From a virus (taxonomy: Duplodnaviria > Caudoviricetes), in IMG/VR virus record IMGVR_UViG_3300033076_001279, positions 1-38,938 of that record: a DNA stretch of 38,938 nucleotides; one strand, 5' to 3'. The translations under genes were made by a program, and so were the position numbers. The notes beneath the pieces are model-generated. The model saw nothing but the letters and a program-made list of their open reading frames with translations, ran no database searches and was not told the origin of the DNA. Below are positions 35,238 through 38,938 of the stretch, piece after piece; the stretch's first letter is position 1, and each line of letters starts with the position of its first letter.

Positions 35238-35975
35238 ATGAACGAATTAATAGAAATCACCAAATTAAATGATATTGAGGTTGTTGATTCTCGTATCATA
35301 GCTAATGAATTAGGTATTCAGCATAAGAATCTAATTGAAACAATACGTAAGTATCAAAGTAGCATTGAGAGTAACTTTGGACAGTTGCCGTTTAAAACGG
35401 AGACTGTAATAAATTCAGTAGGTGCAAAAAATGAAACTACTATTGTATATTTGAATGAAGAGCAAGCAATATTTGTTGGCACACTTTCACGAAATACTGA
35501 AACTGTAATTGCTTTTAAAGCCAAATTAGTAAAGTCTTTTTCTGAATATCGTAAGGCACAACAAGCACACGCATCTAATGCACTTGCTCTTTCAAGAAAA
35601 GAACTTGCCTTGATGATATTACAAGCGGAAGAAGAAAAAGAAAAACTTTTACTCGAAAACAATGAACTAAAACCAAAAGCTCAATTTTATGACGCTGTTG
35701 TTCAGTCGGAGGATGTTTGCGATATGAATACAGTTGCAAAGGTTTTGAACTTGCCTATTGGTCGAAACAAATTGTTTGAATTTTTGAGAAAGAAAAAGAT
35801 TTTAATGGAGAACAACGTTCCATATCAAAAATGGATAAATGATGGATGGTTTAGGCTTGTAGAATCAAAATTTCATAAACCTGATGGCACAGTTCATGTA
35901 AATTTCAAAACTGTTGTATATCAAAAAGGCATTGATGGGATTAATCGAGTCTTTAATAATGTATCAGTAAGTTAG
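35238..35975 (+). CDS. Rha-domain/KilAC(ANT) antirepressor
   Basis: VDSRIIANELGIQHKN (Rha), KPKAQFYDAV...IGRNKLFEFLR...PYQ (KilAC); start ATG 35238. Confidence 0.9.
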   Translation: MNELIEITKLNDIEVVDSRIIANELGIQHKNLIETIRKYQSSIESNFGQLPFKTETVINSVGAKNETTIVYLNEEQAIFVGTLSRNTETVIAFKAKLVKSFSEYRKAQQAHASNALALSRKELALMILQAEEEKEKLLLENNELKPKAQFYDAVVQSEDVCDMNTVAKVLNLPIGRNKLFEFLRKKKILMENNVPYQKWINDGWFRLVESKFHKPDGTVHVNFKTVVYQKGIDGINRVFNNVSVS

Positions 35976-35979
35976 TTTC

Positions 35980-36006
35980 AGGGGAGCAACACTCCCCTAT
36001 TTTTTT
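35980..36006 (+). terminator. Intrinsic terminator
   Basis: AGGGGAG-CAACA-CTCCCCT-ATTTTTTT. Confidence 0.85.
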
Positions 36007-36076
36007 ACCGACAGATTTACACAATTACCGACAAACGACAAATGAATAATGATTAAATGAATTACTTTACATTCAA
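36004..36076 (+). promoter_or_regulatory. Candidate late promoter, copy 2
   Basis: Same two 17-mers as 24462-24544, plus an extra TTACCGACA. Confidence 0.65.
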
Positions 36077-36095
36077 TAATGACTGAATGTAAGAA

Positions 36096-36773
36096 ATGCC
36101 AGAGCAAATACTAACAGAAATTAGCGGAACTGAAAGCAACTTGATTTATAAAATAGATGGAGTTGATTTAAAAGAGTATGGCATTAGAGTTTCGGCTTCT
36201 ACTGGCATTATTGATGCTTTAAGCATAAAAGAACCACAAACAAAAGAGTGGTTTGGTGAGCATGGGAAAGTAGTTGATTTGACAGCACCTCGATATAATT
36301 CAAGAATTATAGAATTAGATTGTGGTATCAAGGCATCAAGTAAGTTTGATTTTCTTACAAAGATAAATACATTTATCAAGGCTATTCAAAAGCCTGAATT
36401 ACGAAGGCTTGAATTAAGTATTTCTACAAAGCCACTTATTTACAATGTTTATCTACCTGATGGCGTAGCATTTGAAAAAAAATGGAGCGATTCAACAATG
36501 ATAGGAACTTTCAAATTAAAATTTGAAGAGCCTACACCAGTTAAACGCTTGTTAAAATTTACAGGCACAGCACCAAGTATAACGCTTACAAGTTCAAACG
36601 CAATTGATATTTATTGGGGCGATGGCACATCTACAAAAGATGTTTATGGTACTAATGTAACTAAAACAAAAACATACGCATCATCAAGTACTTACTATAT
36701 TTTATTGGCAGGAGTTATTGAGGAAATTTCTAATTTCTCGACTAATGCAGAAGTTGTATGGAGCAGATATTAA
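36096..36773 (+). CDS. Distal tail (Dit-like) protein
   Basis: First tail gene after the tape measure/moron block; YKIDGVDLKEYG; IYWGDG PKD-like C-terminus. Confidence 0.7.
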   Translation: MPEQILTEISGTESNLIYKIDGVDLKEYGIRVSASTGIIDALSIKEPQTKEWFGEHGKVVDLTAPRYNSRIIELDCGIKASSKFDFLTKINTFIKAIQKPELRRLELSISTKPLIYNVYLPDGVAFEKKWSDSTMIGTFKLKFEEPTPVKRLLKFTGTAPSITLTSSNAIDIYWGDGTSTKDVYGTNVTKTKTYASSSTYYILLAGVIEEISNFSTNAEVVWSRY

Positions 36774-38938
36774 TAACAAAGAAAAACGGCTCAACAGAAC
36801 CAATATTTCAAAATAGCACGGTTTCTGTAATAACCAAAGCAGAGCAAAAAAAGGCTTTACTTGGGGAAGATGTTATTAATATTACTGTTGAATCGGCATT
36901 TACAAGAAATTTTGAAATAGGCGATAAAATAAAGCCTTTTGATGGTAATACTTACAAAATAAATCAATTACCACGTGTTACAAAAATATCAGAAAATCAA
37001 TACCAATATGATTTAGTTTTTGAAGGTTTGCAATATGACCTTATTAGATGTGCATATAGGAATGAGGATGTATTAGCAGTAAGTACAAATAGCGAATTTT
37101 CATTAGTTGGTGATATTCAAATGTTTTTAGATTTGATTATCAATAATGCAAATCGTGTATTTGGAACTGGTGTATGGGAATTAGGCACAGTTCCAACTGG
37201 AACAGATACTAAAACACTTCAATTTAGCAATGAAAACTGTTTAACCGTTCTTCAAAGAATTTGCCAAGAATATAATTATCATTTTGTATTGAGAGAATCT
37301 ACAAATAAGATAATTATTGATATAAAGAGTAGTGGGACTGACTTAAACTATACTTTTAAGTACGGGAAAGGCAAAGGTTTATATCAACTTACACGTGAGA
37401 AAGTAGATTCAAAAAATATAATAAATACACTTTATGTTTATGGTTCTACTAAAAATATCCCTGCTGATTATAAGAACTATTCGCCACGTTTAAGACTTGG
37501 ATTGGCAATTTCAGAACCAGTTTTATCTGTAAATGATTCTGTAACAGCATTTGGCACATTTGAAGGGTCAGTAATATTTGAAGACGTATATCCTCATAGA
37601 GTTGGTACAGTTTCTACAATAGACACAAATAACCGTTATAAGTTTATTGATTCATCAATGGACTTTGATTTGAATGAGGTAGATGGAAGCAATAATACTA
37701 AATGGTTAATTAGTGGTGTTCCTGCAAAAATACATTTCAATACTGGCAATTTAGCTGGCTATGAATTTGAAATCGAACAATATACTCATTCTACAAAGAC
37801 TTTTATTATCAAGCCTATTAATGATAATAAGGGTTTGGAATTACCTTCAACTACTGAATCTGCATTTTTTATTGGTGTAGGTGATAAATATGTTATTGTG
37901 GATGTCGTTATGCCATCCACTTATGTTAGTGCGGCAGAAGCTGAATTAGAAGCTAAAGCAAATGAGTTTTTAGATAAAAACAAAAACCCTATTGTTCAAT
38001 ATTCGTTAAATATTGATAGTAATTACTTAAAATCTAATTCGGTAGGTCTAAATATTTTTGAAGTTGGCGATACAATCGAAATTATTGATTCTGAATTAAA
38101 TATCAATAATCGAATTGAAATTATTGGATTTAGTAGGGATATTTTAAAGCCTTACGAATATAGTTTAACAATTGGGGAATCAATTGAAAATGGTATAATT
38201 AGAACACTTACTAAAAACGCAGTTGATGTAAATAGGAAAATTAAGTTTGATACGCTTGATATTAAAGGTGGTACTAATCCGAGTATAATTAATCAAATCA
38301 ACTCACAAATTGATGTAACTTTTGGAAGTGAAAAGCCTATAAAAATTGGCAGAAAAACAGTAGATATTGAGTTTGGTAATTATGATTCTATAAACAAGTA
38401 TTTTGGTGAACAACGTTGGTATAATAACACTGGTCTTTTCTACTCAAAAATTAGCAATGAGGGTCTTGATAAAAACGTAGAGGTAAAAATACCTACAACA
38501 TTAGCATCGTTTACGGTTGCAAGTGTTGAAAACAGTTGGCAATTAGGCGGTAACACAGTAGGCTCTGAAAAGTCAATCGGAACTATTGATAATTATGATT
38601 TACCTATTATCCGCAATAACACACAGGTTGCAAAATTTGTGAGTGGAGGGTTACAACTACCTACTATATCTACACTTGGAACAACTCTATCGCAATTTGC
38701 TGTGATTGGAGCGAGTAATTTGATACAACAGCGTTCGATTTCAAATGTAAGGGCGGATTTATTTGGAGGTAGTTTTACATCAGGAAGTGTTATATTTTCA
38801 AATGGTACAACATTAGCTCAAAATAACTCACAATTATTTTGGGATAATACAAATAATAGATTTGGAATTGGAACAACTTCTCCTACTGAAAAACTTGATG
38901 TAAATGGTAGTATAAAAGTAGTAAATGGTGGTAAATTT
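36758..38938 (+). CDS. Tail tip/hub protein with fibre-like C-terminal region (truncated by window end)
   Basis: Not in the ORF track; ATG 36758 MEQILITKK...; frame open wherever checked through the end; YGKGKGLYQL, FEDVYP, FNTGNLAGYEF, then LFWDNTNNRFGIGTTSPTEKLDVNG. Confidence 0.85.
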   Translation, partial: MEQILITKKNGSTEPIFQNSTVSVITKAEQKKALLGEDVINITVESAFTRNFEIGDKIKPFDGNTYKINQLPRVTKISENQYQYDLVFEGLQYDLIRCAYRNEDVLAVSTNSEFSLVGDIQMFLDLIINNANRVFGTGVWELGTVPTGTDTKTLQFSNENCLTVLQRICQEYNYHFVLRESTNKIIIDIKSSGTDLNYTFKYGKGKGLYQLTREKVDSKNIINTLYVYGSTKNIPADYKNYSPRLRLGLAISEPVLSVNDSVTAFGTFEGSVIFEDVYPHRVGTVSTIDTNNRYKFIDSSMDFDLNEVDGSNNTKWLISGVPAKIHFNTGNLAGYEFEIEQYTHSTKTFIIKPINDNKGLELPSTTESAFFIGVGDKYVIVDVVMPSTYVSAAEAELEAKANEFLDKNKNPIVQYSLNIDSNYLKSNSVGLNIFEVGDTIEIIDSELNINNRIEIIGFSRDILKPYEYSLTIGESIENGIIRTLTKNAVDVNRKIKFDTLDIKGGTNPSIINQINSQIDVTFGSEKPIKIGRKTVDIEFGNYDSINKYFGEQRWYNNTGLFYSKISNEGLDKNVEVKIPTTLASFTVASVENSWQLGGNTVGSEKSIGTIDNYDLPIIRNNTQVAKFVSGGLQLPTISTLGTTLSQFAVIGASNLIQQRSISNVRADLFGGSFTSGSVIFSNGTTLAQNNSQLFWDNTNNRFGIGTTSPTEKLDVNGSIKVVNGGKF

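Larger units (their letters stand above)
1..38938. mobile_element. Temperate siphovirus-like phage genome segment (Bacteroidota host), probably excised/free form
   Basis: Terminase-portal-head-tail-tape measure order, RecT/exonuclease, repressor switch, integrase; phage genes on both sides of the attP candidate; TTTG-N19-TAnnTTTG promoters. Confidence 0.93.

Noticed and set aside
20496-36379. Short nested or antisense ORFs within structural genes (e.g. 21305, 22041, 24728, 26168, 29996, 33169, 35354, 36146)
   Set aside because: Typical antisense shadows of long coding frames with no independent evidence.
36758-38938. Diversity-generating retroelement acting on the tail gene
   Set aside because: No reverse transcriptase or template/variable repeat pair is visible in this window; the gene's 3' end is outside it.

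Overview
AT-rich segment of a temperate, long non-contractile-tailed (siphovirus-type) phage of a Bacteroidota host. The host inference rests on TTTG-N19-TAnnTTTG promoters and Bacteroidota-type integrase and structural genes. Layout: (1) 1-6670, an array of at least 11 gene cassettes, each bounded by a 79-88 bp imperfect hairpin with fixed ends TTCCAAC...GTTGGA and covarying arms. Cargo includes three DNA methyltransferases, small hypotheticals and one ORF-less structured cassette, and the array runs off the left edge. (2) 6719-16284, a leftward early operon ending near an IntI-like tyrosine recombinase that lacks the integron-specific insertion, with HNH, exonuclease/RecT, RuvC-like and replication genes. 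(3) 16060-18632, a cro/cI-like switch with 14-bp operators, a tRNA-3'-end attP candidate and a lysogeny integrase. (4) 19855-38938, packaging, head and tail genes, interrupted by a C4-like RNA/antirepressor module. The standout is an apparent phage-borne, non-canonical integron-like system. Hairpin asymmetry suggests the genes are inverted relative to classical attC polarity, with an attI-like half site at about 6665-6715. All product calls come from motif reading by eye, not database searches.
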